A DNA stretch of 32,000 nucleotides from Promethearchaeota archaeon (GTDB taxonomy: Archaea > Asgardarchaeota > Thorarchaeia > Thorarchaeales > Thorarchaeaceae), in assembly GCA_027031765.1 (NCBI GenBank), contig JALVPN010000110.1, positions 30,990 to 62,989 of the forward strand. Direction: 5' to 3'. The stretch's first letter is position 1. Each line of letters starts with the position of its first letter. Below the pieces are notes generated by a model. That model was not told the DNA's origin. It saw only the letters and a list, made by a program, of their open reading frames with translations, and ran no database searches. Shown here piece after piece: positions 7,949-17,392 of this stretch. The position numbers and the translations under genes were made by a program.

Positions 7949-8607
7949 CTCCGGAGCGGAACACGCACAGCGGGCCCCATCGTGAGCTTGACAAAGACAC
8001 TGTCTATCCTGTCACTCAGGCCCTTGTTCTCAAGGAAGTTCAGGACTGCTGCGATGTTCTCTGCAACCTGTCGGTCGCCCATCCTTACATGGCCGACCTT
8101 GACATGGAACGTCGGTGTGTTCCGCATACGGATGCGGATTGTCTTCTGATACTGTTCTACCAGTGGCCGGATGTCGGCCTGTGGTGGCAACGGCCTCGGC
8201 ATCTTTCCCCGTGGCCCGAGCGCCTGCCCGAGATAGCGCCCCACGAGAGGCATCGTGTCAGTTGATGCTATGAAGAAGTCATAGCTCTTGGCGAGCGTCT
8301 TCCTCGCCTTCTTGTCCTCGCCGACCTTTGGTATCTCCTCCTTTGAGACCACCATGTCGACCCCGGCCTCTCGTGCTTTTTCCGCGAACTCGCCGTCACC
8401 AAAGACACAGATCCGTGCCGGTGGGTACAGTGGGTTCGGCAGCACGATTTCTTGGTTCAGGCGGTTCTCAGGCCTTGACACATCGAGTTCCCTTTTCCTG
8501 AAGTTGACCGCTAGGTCGAAGCTCTGCTCGAACTTGATGTCACGCTCTGTGCCCTTGGCACGTGCCTCAGCCACTGCGCTTACAATGGGCTCCACATCGA
8601 ATGGCAC
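7945..8607 (-). CDS. rpl1: 50S ribosomal protein L1
   Basis: KFEQSFDLAVN, MPLVGRYLGQALGPRGKMP, VKLTMGP. Confidence 0.97.
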   Translation of the reverse strand: MPFDVEPIVSAVAEARAKGTERDIKFEQSFDLAVNFRKRELDVSRPENRLNQEIVLPNPLYPPARICVFGDGEFAEKAREAGVDMVVSKEEIPKVGEDKKARKTLAKSYDFFIASTDTMPLVGRYLGQALGPRGKMPRPLPPQADIRPLVEQYQKTIRIRMRNTPTFHVKVGHVRMGDRQVAENIAAVLNFLENKGLSDRIDSVFVKLTMGPAVRVPLRR

Positions 8608-9111
8608 CTACTCCACCCCCCATGGCTCGTCGAGCTGTTCGTCCCACACACCCTCTCGCAGCTCCCTCTGGAACTCGCGTGGGTCTTTGCCTTCAACCGT
8701 CACACCGACCGACACACAGGTGCCCGCCACGGTCATGACCGCGTCCTTCAGTGTCAGGGCCGTGAGGTCTGCTGCCTTTGCCTTCGCAATCGTCTTCACC
8801 TGCTCAATCGTGAGGTTCCCAACAAAGTCGGTGTTCGGCTGTGACGAGCCCTTCGCCTGCCCTATCTCCTTCAGGATGAGAGCACTCGTTGGCGGTGTAC
8901 CGACCTCGACCTCGAACGACTTGTCAGCTGGGTGGACAGTTATCTTCACTGGCACCTTCAGTCCTGCGAACGGGGCGGTGACCTCGTTGATTTTCTGCAC
9001 GACCTGGAAGATATTGACTCCGGTGGGGCCTAGGGCTGGCCCGATTGGTGGTCCTCCTGATGCCTTGCCACCTTCCACCATTGCCTCGACTACAATTGGT
9101 TTCTCGCTCAA
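8608..9111 (-). CDS. rpl11: 50S ribosomal protein L11
   Basis: [35 protein letters not shown]; TTG start. Confidence 0.97.
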   Translation of the reverse strand: MSEKPIVVEAMVEGGKASGGPPIGPALGPTGVNIFQVVQKINEVTAPFAGLKVPVKITVHPADKSFEVEVGTPPTSALILKEIGQAKGSSQPNTDFVGNLTIEQVKTIAKAKAADLTALTLKDAVMTVAGTCVSVGVTVEGKDPREFQRELREGVWDEQLDEPWGVE

Positions 9112-9358
9112 CTCTCAGCACATCCTTGCTTGCAGTGGTCTCGACACAGTTGTGTCGGACGGGGCGACCTGTGGACTAGAATTAGCATGTCTTTCTCCAC
9201 ACGGTCTACTGCAATCCATTAGCATCACCCCAGACATGGTGTCCTGCACACATGTCAGATTAAGGAGTTGAGCGGATGACCTTCACTCGTGTTTTAAGCG
9301 TTGTGGACTGGTAACCGTCCAGTCCGAGTCCTGTGCTGGGCCTGTCTACCGGCTGGGA

Positions 9359-10009
9359 TCAGTCGTGTGCCCAGAACGAGTCCTCATCCATTCCCTCCTC
9401 GCCGCCTTCCTCCTCCTCCTCGCGCCCGGCCTTCTCAACAATCTTGACGAAGTCAGCATGCACCTTGATTGGGATTGTGTGAGGGCTGCCCAGCAGTTCC
9501 AGCGTGAGTTCTTCCTTTGCCGTGTCGACCCTGATTACCTTGGCATGCTCGCCCCTGAACGGGCCGGAGACTATCTCGACCACATCGTTCTCTGCAATCC
9601 CCTCGGCCGCAGGCTTCGGGACGAGGAACTTGTCAATCTCTTCGAACTTGACCTTCCCACTTACGCGGCCCCTGACATGTGGCACACCCGCAATGGCAAT
9701 CTCTACATCTCTGAACTCCATAGTTTCCAAGAAGACATAGCCCCTAAGTGTTTCAGGGACAAGGATTGCTTTCACTCTGCCCAGTAGTGGGTTCTGTGAC
9801 ACCAGTCTTGGCTCTGCCCTGTCGCCCTTCCTCTTGTCACACTTCTCCATGTGCTTGCGTGTTGCAGACTCCGATGAGAACTCCTCCCCGCAGTATGGAC
9901 ATGCCCAGACATCACTCTCACCCGTCACTGCGGTGATTATCAGGTCTGTTACACCTTTCTCCTGACCTATTGTTGTACGTACTGCATAGATGCTGGTCTT
10001 CTTGTCCAA
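9359..10009 (-). CDS. spt5: Transcription elongation factor Spt5/NusG with an inserted zinc finger and acidic C-tail
   Basis: IYAVRTTIGQEK, LRGYVFLE, KOW motif VEIVSGPFRGEHAKV; TTG at 10009 follows a GGAGGG SD; the longer track ORF runs through secE in another frame. Confidence 0.93.
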   Translation of the reverse strand: MDKKTSIYAVRTTIGQEKGVTDLIITAVTGESDVWACPYCGEEFSSESATRKHMEKCDKRKGDRAEPRLVSQNPLLGRVKAILVPETLRGYVFLETMEFRDVEIAIAGVPHVRGRVSGKVKFEEIDKFLVPKPAAEGIAENDVVEIVSGPFRGEHAKVIRVDTAKEELTLELLGSPHTIPIKVHADFVKIVEKAGREEEEEGGEEGMDEDSFWAHD

Positions 10010-10065
10010 GTCTAGCCCTCCCTGCTCCGGGATGGGGTGGGTATGCTCGCGGCCCGGACATGCCC

Positions 10066-10248
10066 CTACTTGGTGCCCCAGCCTGATGTGAGCACTGTCA
10101 TCAGGTACTGTACGACAAAACTCAGCATCCCAACAAGGAACATCGCAAGTAGGCTGACCCTTGTACTCAGCCAGATCTCCTTTCTCGTGGGTTTTGTCGC
10201 CAGTTTCAGGATCCGTCTGCTCTCCCGGATGAAGTCGCCAACACCCAT
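10066..10248 (-). CDS. secE: Protein translocase subunit SecE/Sec61-gamma
   Basis: RILKLATKPTRKE followed by one TM helix; conserved position between ftsZ and spt5. Confidence 0.93.
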   Translation of the reverse strand: MGVGDFIRESRRILKLATKPTRKEIWLSTRVSLLAMFLVGMLSFVVQYLMTVLTSGWGTK

Positions 10249-10404
10249 TTGGTCTCACACCTATGTCGGGCCGGTCTGCAACCGGAACCGCCTCTCCTGC
10301 CCCCACACACCTTTTAATGTTTGCTGAGTGGCGGCCCCGTCATGGGGCACGCCTAGCTGTCCTACGTGTACTGCCACTCTGGCACATGGTGGCCAGTCCG
10401 CAGT

Positions 10405-11535
10405 TCAGTCAAGACGGGTCAGCCCGAGCTCGCCCCTGAGGTCTTCCACAAGTGGGCGCACAGGCTCTGATGAGGCGGACATGACGTAAGGGGAGTTGAC
10501 CCCCGAGGCAATGATGGTCACGCGCAGCCTGTCCTCAAGCTCTGGGACTATGAGCGCACCATATATCACCTCGGCATCCGGGTTCACCCGCTCTGTGATT
10601 AGCTCCACCACTCGTTTCGCCTCTTGCAACTGTAGGTCTGCACTGCCGCTGACATTGATCAGGATGTTCTTGGCGTTCTCGATTGAAACATCAATCAACG
10701 GGTTGTGGAGAGCATTGAGCACGGCCTCTTCTGCCCGCCTCTCCCCCTCGCCCTCGCCCAGGGCAATAATCGAAACCCCACCATTCCGCATTGTTGTCCG
10801 GACATCCGCAAAGTCGAGGTTCACGAGCCCGGGCCGCGAAATCAGTTCGGCAATCCCCTTGACGGCACGCACCAGCACCTCGTCGGCTATCATGAATGCT
10901 TCGGGCAACGAGAGGTCCGGTGCTATCTCAAGTAGCTTCTCGTTAGGGATGGCGATAAGTGTGTCCACATGTTCCATCAGTGCATTTACCCCCCTGTTGG
11001 CATTCTTCTTTCGCGTCATCCCCTCCACCTCGAATGGCAGACAGACAATTGCGACGGTGAGGGCTCCGTTCTCCTTGGCCGCCTTGGCTATCAGTGGTGC
11101 AGCGCCTGTCCCGGTACCGCCTCCCATCCCGGCTGTGATGAACACCAGGTCACCCCTGACAACGTCCTTGATTGTTTCATACGACTCCAGCGCTGCCTTC
11201 TCCCCGACGTCAGGGTCGTTGCCAGCACCAAGCCCCCCGCAGGTCTCCCTGCCAAGGAGGAGCTTGTGGTGGGCGTTGCAGAAGTAGAGGTCCTGGGCAT
11301 CCGTGTTCGCTGCCAGGGTCTCAGCACCCTCCACACCGACCTCCATCAGCCTGGTAATCGCATTGTTCCCCGCGCCACCAACACCAACGACCAGTATCCG
11401 TGCGCTCACATTCCTCAGCAGGTCTGCAAGTTCCTCGTCCGTTGTCGCACCCTTCCGCGCTCTCCTACTCGCGGATGTGGCGCTGAAGGACTCGCGTCTC
11501 GTATTTCCAAGGACTTCTTCCAACAGGGGATGCAC
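10405..11535 (-). CDS. ftsZ: Cell division protein FtsZ (FtsZ1-type by gene context)
   Basis: VVGVGGAGNN, GMGGGTGTG tubulin signature, NLDFADV T7 loop. Confidence 0.97.
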   Translation of the reverse strand: MHPLLEEVLGNTRRESFSATSASRRARKGATTDEELADLLRNVSARILVVGVGGAGNNAITRLMEVGVEGAETLAANTDAQDLYFCNAHHKLLLGRETCGGLGAGNDPDVGEKAALESYETIKDVVRGDLVFITAGMGGGTGTGAAPLIAKAAKENGALTVAIVCLPFEVEGMTRKKNANRGVNALMEHVDTLIAIPNEKLLEIAPDLSLPEAFMIADEVLVRAVKGIAELISRPGLVNLDFADVRTTMRNGGVSIIALGEGEGERRAEEAVLNALHNPLIDVSIENAKNILINVSGSADLQLQEAKRVVELITERVNPDAEVIYGALIVPELEDRLRVTIIASGVNSPYVMSASSEPVRPLVEDLRGELGLTRLD

Positions 11536-11609
11536 TTTCGTTCACGCCTCTTCTGTTCTATCACCTCGTTCTGCGTTCTGCCAAGAAAAAGTGGAATACT
11601 ACCCCTGTA

Positions 11610-12578
11610 TTACCGGCTAGTAACACCCTGCCGTTTCCGTGACCTGTAGCTCCGCAGGAGCGGCCCAACGGGGACTCCATGTTCCCTCAGCAGGTCCAGC
11701 GTTTGTTCCAGTGTGGGCTGCCCCCGCTGGGCCCCCTCGCATGTGATTGTCAGTGCTGCCACTGCGTTTGCCACGTTCAGACTGTGCTCGATGTCATCAG
11801 TCCGGTTCCAGGCCATCAGGAAGCCGGCTGCGAACGCATCGCCGGCACCAAGCGTGTCAGCAACCGGCACTTCAAAGACCTCTGATGTATAGTAGTCGAG
11901 CCCATCAGTTGCCACTGCGCCACGTCGGCCCTGCTTCACTACGACAATCCCTGGCAGTTTCCGTGCAAAGCCCAGGAGTGCCGCCCTTGAGGGCTCAATA
12001 CCAAAGTACATCTTCAGTTCCTTCCTGTTCAGAAACAGGACATCTGTCTTTGGCAGGACGGTGGAGAACTCGACGCTTTCGGCTGCGCGCCCCGGGTCCA
12101 GGGACAGCACTAGACCATTTGTGGTGGCTATGTCAGCTGCGCGTGCAATGATCCGGGGGAACCCTCCTGCCACATGGACTGCGCTGGCCCTTGCTAGGTA
12201 TTCCTCATCGAGGGCATGACGGTCAAGGAACCGGTTCGCACCCTGTTCTGAGCATATCATCGTGTTCCCCGTGCTGTCGCGTATCACCACGAACACGCCT
12301 GTCATCTGTCGCTCTAGGACGAGGATTTGTTTTGTGTCGACACCACCCTTACTGAGTTCTCTCACCGCAGTATTGCCGTGGGGGTCGTTTCCCACACAGC
12401 TTATCAGTCCGGTCTTGACCCGCAGCCGGGCGCTCTGCATTGCAAAGTTCGCTGCAGAACCCCCGACCGAAACATACGCGTTGCGCGCCATGATGTGGTT
12501 TGGCCCACGGGGTAACTTGTCCACGGTCATGACAATGTCGACATTGACCCTGCCGACCGCAACTACTTCAACCGCCAA
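11610..12578 (-). CDS. PfkB/ribokinase family carbohydrate kinase
   Basis: GGSAANFA, VGNDPHG, DTLGAGDAFAAG. Confidence 0.9.
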   Translation of the reverse strand: MAVEVVAVGRVNVDIVMTVDKLPRGPNHIMARNAYVSVGGSAANFAMQSARLRVKTGLISCVGNDPHGNTAVRELSKGGVDTKQILVLERQMTGVFVVIRDSTGNTMICSEQGANRFLDRHALDEEYLARASAVHVAGGFPRIIARAADIATTNGLVLSLDPGRAAESVEFSTVLPKTDVLFLNRKELKMYFGIEPSRAALLGFARKLPGIVVVKQGRRGAVATDGLDYYTSEVFEVPVADTLGAGDAFAAGFLMAWNRTDDIEHSLNVANAVAALTITCEGAQRGQPTLEQTLDLLREHGVPVGPLLRSYRSRKRQGVTSR

Positions 12579-12589
12579 CTATCTCGCCT

Positions 12590-13513
12590 TCAAACGATGA
12601 GTACCAGGATGGCCTTCTGTGCGTGGAGCCTGTTCTCTGCCTGGTCGAAGATGACACTGTGTGGCCCGTCCAGTACTTCGGAGGTCGCCTCCTCCTCACG
12701 GTGTGCTGGCAGACAGTGCATGACGATGACATCCTTCTTCGCATGGCCAACAAGTCTGCTGTTCACTTGGAATGGCATCAGTGCCTCTTCCTTCTCCTTT
12801 GTCCTCTCCTGTCCCATGCTGAAGAAGGTGTCTGTGTAGATGACATCCGCGCCCTCTACTGCCTCATAGGGGTCGTTCACTACAGACAGAGTTGTGTCGT
12901 ACTTCTCACTCAACTCCGTTGCGCTCTTCATGATCTCCTCCGATGGGGTGTAGCCCTTTGGTGAGCCTATCGTGACATCCATCCCCATGATTGTGCAGCC
13001 CTGCATTATGGAGTTGCTCACATTGTTGGAGTCGCCGACATATGCAATTTTCAGTCCTTCCAGCCGACCCTTGTACTCCTCTATCGTCATCAAGTCGGCC
13101 ATGATCTGACATGGGTGCAGGTAGTCTGACAGCCCGTTTATTACTGGTACAGTGGCATATGTGGCGAGCTCGGTCACATCACTGTGCGCATACACCCGCG
13201 CCATTATTGCATCACAGTACCTGCTCAGGACTCGCGCGGTATCCGCAATGGTCTCGCCACGGCCGAGCTGGGTCCCACTGGGCTGGAGGTACAGTGCATG
13301 GCCTCCGAGCTGGGTCATCCCGACCTCAAATGAGACCCGCGTCCGTGTGGATGACTTCATGAAGATCATAGCCAGCGACTTTCCCTTCAGGAGCTCGTGG
13401 GGCTCTCCACGCTTCTGCTTCAACTTCAGGTCATGTGCTGTGTCCAGTATCCGTCTCAGTTCGTGGCGCTCGAAATGTGAGAGGTCAATGAAGTGTCTAC
13501 CCTTCAGGCTCAT
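12590..13513 (-). CDS. argF: Ornithine carbamoyltransferase
   Basis: SSTRTRVSF, HPCQIMADL, HCLPA, DQAENRLHAQKA; real start MSLKGRHF at 13513. Confidence 0.95.
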   Translation of the reverse strand: MSLKGRHFIDLSHFERHELRRILDTAHDLKLKQKRGEPHELLKGKSLAMIFMKSSTRTRVSFEVGMTQLGGHALYLQPSGTQLGRGETIADTARVLSRYCDAIMARVYAHSDVTELATYATVPVINGLSDYLHPCQIMADLMTIEEYKGRLEGLKIAYVGDSNNVSNSIMQGCTIMGMDVTIGSPKGYTPSEEIMKSATELSEKYDTTLSVVNDPYEAVEGADVIYTDTFFSMGQERTKEKEEALMPFQVNSRLVGHAKKDVIVMHCLPAHREEEATSEVLDGPHSVIFDQAENRLHAQKAILVLIV

Positions 13514-13677
13514 GTCAGTAACCCTTCTGAGCAGTCTTGGGTGGTCTCGCGGTAGTCCCACAATAAAAAATGTGTCATCAATCACATCAGGGCTACTTGG
13601 TCCTATCAACGACTTGCTGCGCGGCCAGCACCGCATCCCCTCTCCGGGGGCCTCTGCCCGGGTCACATTTGTTGGTA

Positions 13678-14589
13678 TCACTCGACCGCAGCGATTCTCT
13701 TTGCGAACCACTCCGGGTCAAATACTTGCAGGTCGTCGTATTCCTGCCCCACACCAACATAGACTATTGGTTTGCCCGTCACGTACGTTATCGAGAGAGC
13801 AGCACCACCTGTTGGGTCTGCATCCACCTTCGTCAGGATTGCCCCGTCGATGTCAATGGCCTCGTTGAACTTCTGTGCTTGAGAGAGCGCGTCATTCCCG
13901 GCAAGAGCATCCCCGACAAAGAGTTTCAGGTCTGGCTCGGCGACCCGCGCTATTTTCTTCATCTCTTCCAACAGGTTCTTGTTGCTCTGCATGCGCCCTG
14001 CTGTGTCTATGAGTACGACATCTATGTGTCGTGCGCGCGCATGTGCGACTGCATCATAGGCCACAGCTGCTGCATCTGCACCGTAGTCCTGCCTGATGAC
14101 ACGGAGCCCAAGACGTTGGGCATGCTGTTCTATCTGCTCAATGCTCCCAGCCCTGAAGGTGTCCGCTGCTGCAATCACTACGGAATATCCGTTCTTCTTG
14201 AACATGTGTGCCATCTTGGCCAGGGTCGTGGTCTTCCCGGTGCCGTTTACGCCCACGAACAGTATCGATGTCGGCTCGCCCGTCCCCTTCTTCTGTGCAA
14301 CATACTCAAGTGGGTCGACCCGTTCCCGCGGTGTCAACGCCTCGAGTATCGACTGGTATATCGCCTCTCTGAAGACCCGCTGGATTTTCTCAAGTCTACC
14401 CGTACGTACACCAAGGAGTTTCTGCTTTGTGAGTTCACAGATATGCTCGGCGACCTCCACTGCAACATCATTCTGGATTAGCGCCAGCTGGAGTTCCCAC
14501 ACGGCATCACTGAGGTTGTCCTCCGTGAGCTCCTTCGTCGTGGCCTTCACTACTGCCGTGTCCAGTGCCTTCCGGAGGCGTGAGAACAT
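13678..14589 (-). CDS. ftsY: SRP receptor FtsY
   Basis: GVNGTGKTTT, DTFRAG, DTAGR, TKVD, GVGQ. Confidence 0.96.
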   Translation of the reverse strand: MFSRLRKALDTAVVKATTKELTEDNLSDAVWELQLALIQNDVAVEVAEHICELTKQKLLGVRTGRLEKIQRVFREAIYQSILEALTPRERVDPLEYVAQKKGTGEPTSILFVGVNGTGKTTTLAKMAHMFKKNGYSVVIAAADTFRAGSIEQIEQHAQRLGLRVIRQDYGADAAAVAYDAVAHARARHIDVVLIDTAGRMQSNKNLLEEMKKIARVAEPDLKLFVGDALAGNDALSQAQKFNEAIDIDGAILTKVDADPTGGAALSITYVTGKPIVYVGVGQEYDDLQVFDPEWFAKRIAAVE

Positions 14590-14594
14590 TGCGC

Positions 14595-15029
14595 CTACTT
14601 TTCCCCCTGCTCATGCATCTCTGCTGCGATGTTCTGCAGCTGGGCATTGAGAGCCGCCATATATGCGACATGTTTGTTGTACTCCTTTGTCAGGGCCTCC
14701 TTCTGCTTCTCCAGCCTCGTGATTGCATCCTGTACGCCCTTCTTTGCATCCTCTATGCTCTGCTCAATCCTGATATTGCTGCCGATGCCACGGGTCACCA
14801 TATGTGGGCTGACGAGTTTGGCCCGTACAAAGATCCGCCCACCAACATGCATCAGGACGGTCTCACCGTCCTCCTTACTCTCCATCTCTGCAAGGACATG
14901 GAGTCCGGTCCGGTAGTCCCTCAGGACCGCTTCCACCAGGTCAATCTGCTGACGTAGGAGCGCTATGTTCGACTCTGTCATCTTCTGCTCGACGTATACA
15001 CGCTCCAGTTGTCGCTGCTTCTCGCTCAT
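14595..15029 (-). CDS. pfdA: Prefoldin alpha subunit
   Basis: Coiled coils flanking a beta-hairpin (LMHVGGRIFVRAK...GIGSNIRIEQ); conserved position next to ftsY. Confidence 0.9.
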   Translation of the reverse strand: MSEKQRQLERVYVEQKMTESNIALLRQQIDLVEAVLRDYRTGLHVLAEMESKEDGETVLMHVGGRIFVRAKLVSPHMVTRGIGSNIRIEQSIEDAKKGVQDAITRLEKQKEALTKEYNKHVAYMAALNAQLQNIAAEMHEQGEK

Positions 15030-15271
15030 CAGCCCTCGCTCTCCACGCCAAGTGCCCTTCTCAGCTCGATACTCGTGACCTCCTCCGGCCGTATCTCGAC
15101 GACCTCGGTGAACCGGATGTCACGTCGCTTCACCCTGTGCCTGCTGCCAAGGTCTGAGTAGACCTTCTCTCGCGCATGTGTTTCCTTTGGGGCCAGGACT
15201 TCTTTCCGGAATATGAATGTCCTGCCCTTCTTCCGGTATTCTCCAACCACTCGCCAGACTTTCGAACTCAT
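15029..15271 (-). CDS. rpl18a: 50S ribosomal protein L18Ae/LX (eL20)
   Basis: AREKVYSDLGSRHRVKRRDIRF. Confidence 0.93.
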   Translation of the reverse strand: MSSKVWRVVGEYRKKGRTFIFRKEVLAPKETHAREKVYSDLGSRHRVKRRDIRFTEVVEIRPEEVTSIELRRALGVESEG

Positions 15272-15295
15272 GGCTCAACACCTCTATCTGTCCTG

Positions 15296-15961
15296 TCATA
15301 CAAACCCGAGTACTTGGGATATGTGGGCCAGCTCAACACCTGTGGTGTCAGCACCCGCAATCATCCCGTCAGTGTTTGCTATCACCCCAAGCCGTGTATA
15401 AGGACTGCCCCTGTTTACGGTCCCTGCCTCGACGTGGACTCCAAGTAGGTCGGCCATGACCTCCATCTCCTCGTCTGTGGCCATCGGGTGGACGACAGCC
15501 CCACGGTTCGTAGCAACCGTGTTTGCCCCGACAATTGGCAGTCCCGCCACGGTGCCTCTAATGACCTCCACATCTAGTACGTCCGCAATCTTGCGGACTG
15601 CTGCGCTGTCAAAACTGGGGTGGCAAATCGCACCACGGTCGTTGGTGACGATTATGTTGCCCATCGCCGTCATCTTGCTGTCTATCCAGTCCATGTGGAG
15701 GTAGTCTGCTCTCTTCAACTCGGCAAACTCCTCGTCCGTGACCGTGTACGGCAGCACTATTCCATTCGAGTTTGCCGCCGCAACGAAGCCGACGGCGTCC
15801 AGTGTGGCCACTGTGGACTGGACCAGTGGGAGGCCAAATGTCTTCTCAATTATGTCGAGGGACTTGGCTGACATGTTCGGCGAGACCAGTATGAACTTGT
15901 CAGTGGCGATTCCAAAGGCCCCGACATTCGAATCGCCCTCAAAGTCAGTGCGGGCGATCAC
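15296..15961 (-). CDS. eif6: Translation initiation factor 6 (aIF6)
   Basis: SNVGAFG, ANSNG, AMGNIIVTNDRGA, GTVNRGS. Confidence 0.95.
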   Translation of the reverse strand: MIARTDFEGDSNVGAFGIATDKFILVSPNMSAKSLDIIEKTFGLPLVQSTVATLDAVGFVAAANSNGIVLPYTVTDEEFAELKRADYLHMDWIDSKMTAMGNIIVTNDRGAICHPSFDSAAVRKIADVLDVEVIRGTVAGLPIVGANTVATNRGAVVHPMATDEEMEVMADLLGVHVEAGTVNRGSPYTRLGVIANTDGMIAGADTTGVELAHISQVLGFV

Positions 15962-15967
15962 GGTGGA

Positions 15968-16387
15968 CTACCCCTCCGCAAGGTATACCTTGACGAGGTT
16001 GTCCGTGTTCTTGGTGACTCTGATGCGGACCCTGCGTGGCGGCTTCTGGATTCCCCTGCTCCAAATCCTCTCGTTGACCTCTGGCTGGATGAGGAGCTCC
16101 TCAGGTTTCATGTGGCGCTCGACAAACTCCCGGAGGGCCCTCACAGCGCGGTTCGCACGGCGGCGTCTGCTACCTGTCCAGTACGCCTTCCTGAGTGGCA
16201 CCGTGTAGATCCGCTCTTCTACTATCTCCTCCTCTTCCTCCTCGACCTCGGCTGATGGTGCCTCCACCTCCTCTGCCTCTTCGGCAAGGGCCTCCTCTAT
16301 GTCCTCTGACAGCACCCCGGCCCCTTCCAGGTCCTCCTCGTCCTCTACGTCTTCAGTGGCGAGTCCTTCGTTCTCGGCATCGGCCAT
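15968..16387 (-). CDS. rpl31e: 50S ribosomal protein L31e with acidic N-terminal extension
   Basis: ERIYTVPLRK, RANRAVRALREFVERHM, IWSRGIQKPPRRVRIRV. Confidence 0.95.
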   Translation of the reverse strand: MADAENEGLATEDVEDEEDLEGAGVLSEDIEEALAEEAEEVEAPSAEVEEEEEEIVEERIYTVPLRKAYWTGSRRRRANRAVRALREFVERHMKPEELLIQPEVNERIWSRGIQKPPRRVRIRVTKNTDNLVKVYLAEG

Positions 16388-16406
16388 CGGTGTGTCCCCT
16401 CTCTGT

Positions 16407-16562
16407 CTATGGTTTCAGTTTCGTTTCCCGCCAGTGGCGTCGTTTTGGTGTTTCCCGTACTCTCCCGCCAGTCTTCACAACCACCCATGTGGGCACAGAC
16501 GCGGACATGCGCATGGCCCTTGCCATCCGCAACTTCTTCCCCAGCTGTTTGTTCCTCGCCAT
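16407..16562 (-). CDS. rpl39e: 50S ribosomal protein L39e (absent from the ORF track, 51 aa)
   Basis: My translation: MARNKQLGKKLRMARAMRMSASVPTWVVVKTGGRVRETPKRRHWRETKLKP; matches the L39e pattern and its syntenic slot. Confidence 0.95.
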   Translation of the reverse strand: MARNKQLGKKLRMARAMRMSASVPTWVVVKTGGRVRETPKRRHWRETKLKP

Positions 16563-16587
16563 AGTCTTCACCCGTGGAGATATGTCC

Positions 16588-16917
16588 TCACCTGAACGTG
16601 ACCTTTCTCTCTCTCTCTCTGCTCTGGATCTGCTTTAGTAGCGCCTTCAACTGCTCGTCCGTCACGCGTGTCCTCAGTTTCCCTGAACTTGCCAGCTGGA
16701 TGAGCTGCAGCTCAATCTGCTCGGCAAACTGCGGTTTTACAATCCTGATGTTTGCCAGTCGCGACCTTGCGTCTGGGGTGAGTATCTGGCGGAGGATTGC
16801 CTCCTTCTGGGCCTGGAACTCTGCTTCCTGCTGCTCCCGTGCCTGTTGCTCCAGTGCCTGCTGTCTGAGAGCAGCAAGTTTACGCTGTCTGATTGCTTCG
16901 AGTTCCTCATCACTCAC
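16588..16917 (-). CDS. PDCD5-like DNA-binding protein (MTH1615 family)
   Basis: DEELEAIRQRKL, ILTPDARSRLANIRIVKP, EQLKALL. Confidence 0.93.
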   Translation of the reverse strand: MSDEELEAIRQRKLAALRQQALEQQAREQQEAEFQAQKEAILRQILTPDARSRLANIRIVKPQFAEQIELQLIQLASSGKLRTRVTDEQLKALLKQIQSRERERKVTFR

Positions 16918-16939
16918 TGGATATCACCCCATACTCGGC

Positions 16940-17392
16940 TCAGTACCTGTCCAGTTCTGGGATTGCCTTCGAGAGCTCCTTCTTGAGTGCGGCCGAGAGC
17001 TTGTCCATGTATGACCTGCCAATGTTGGTCATCTCACGTCCCTTATTCCCTCGTTTCTTGATGAACCCTGCCCTCTCAAGCTGTTGGAGCGCCGTCCTTA
17101 TGATTGCGCCGCCACCACGATGGAAATGGTTCGGCTTGGTACCACGCCTCTTTCGCCCACCATACTGCACCCGGAGGCGCTCCGTACCGATGGGCCCCTG
17201 CAGGTAGACCTTCCGCAGTATGCTGGCGCACCGTACATACCACCAGTCCGGGTTGTCAGGTGCTCTCTCCTTGTGGGCTCCTGTCTTCACGTACGGGGCC
17301 CACTCAGGTGGTCGGATTTCCTTGCGGGTCTTGAGCTCCTGTGCAAGGCGCCGTATCAGGATGTTTGCCGGGATGTCGTAGACTGTGGGCAT
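16940..17392 (-). CDS. rps19e: 30S ribosomal protein S19e
   Basis: MPTVYDIP, PEWAPYVKTG, WWYVRCASILRK, IIRTALQQLE; start at 17392 (alternative 17407). Confidence 0.96.
   Translation of the reverse strand: MPTVYDIPANILIRRLAQELKTRKEIRPPEWAPYVKTGAHKERAPDNPDWWYVRCASILRKVYLQGPIGTERLRVQYGGRKRRGTKPNHFHRGGGAIIRTALQQLERAGFIKKRGNKGREMTNIGRSYMDKLSAALKKELSKAIPELDRY

Noticed and set aside
8288-9271. Long antisense ORFs over ribosomal, ftsZ, ftsY and top1 genes
   Set aside because: Typical antisense shadows of GC-rich coding sequence.
9359-10306. 315-aa Spt5 and 373-aa ArgF, 197-aa S19e, 389-aa ThiL as given by the ORF track
   Set aside because: The N-terminal extensions overlap neighbouring genes or promoters. 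Downstream starts fit family lengths and SD sites.
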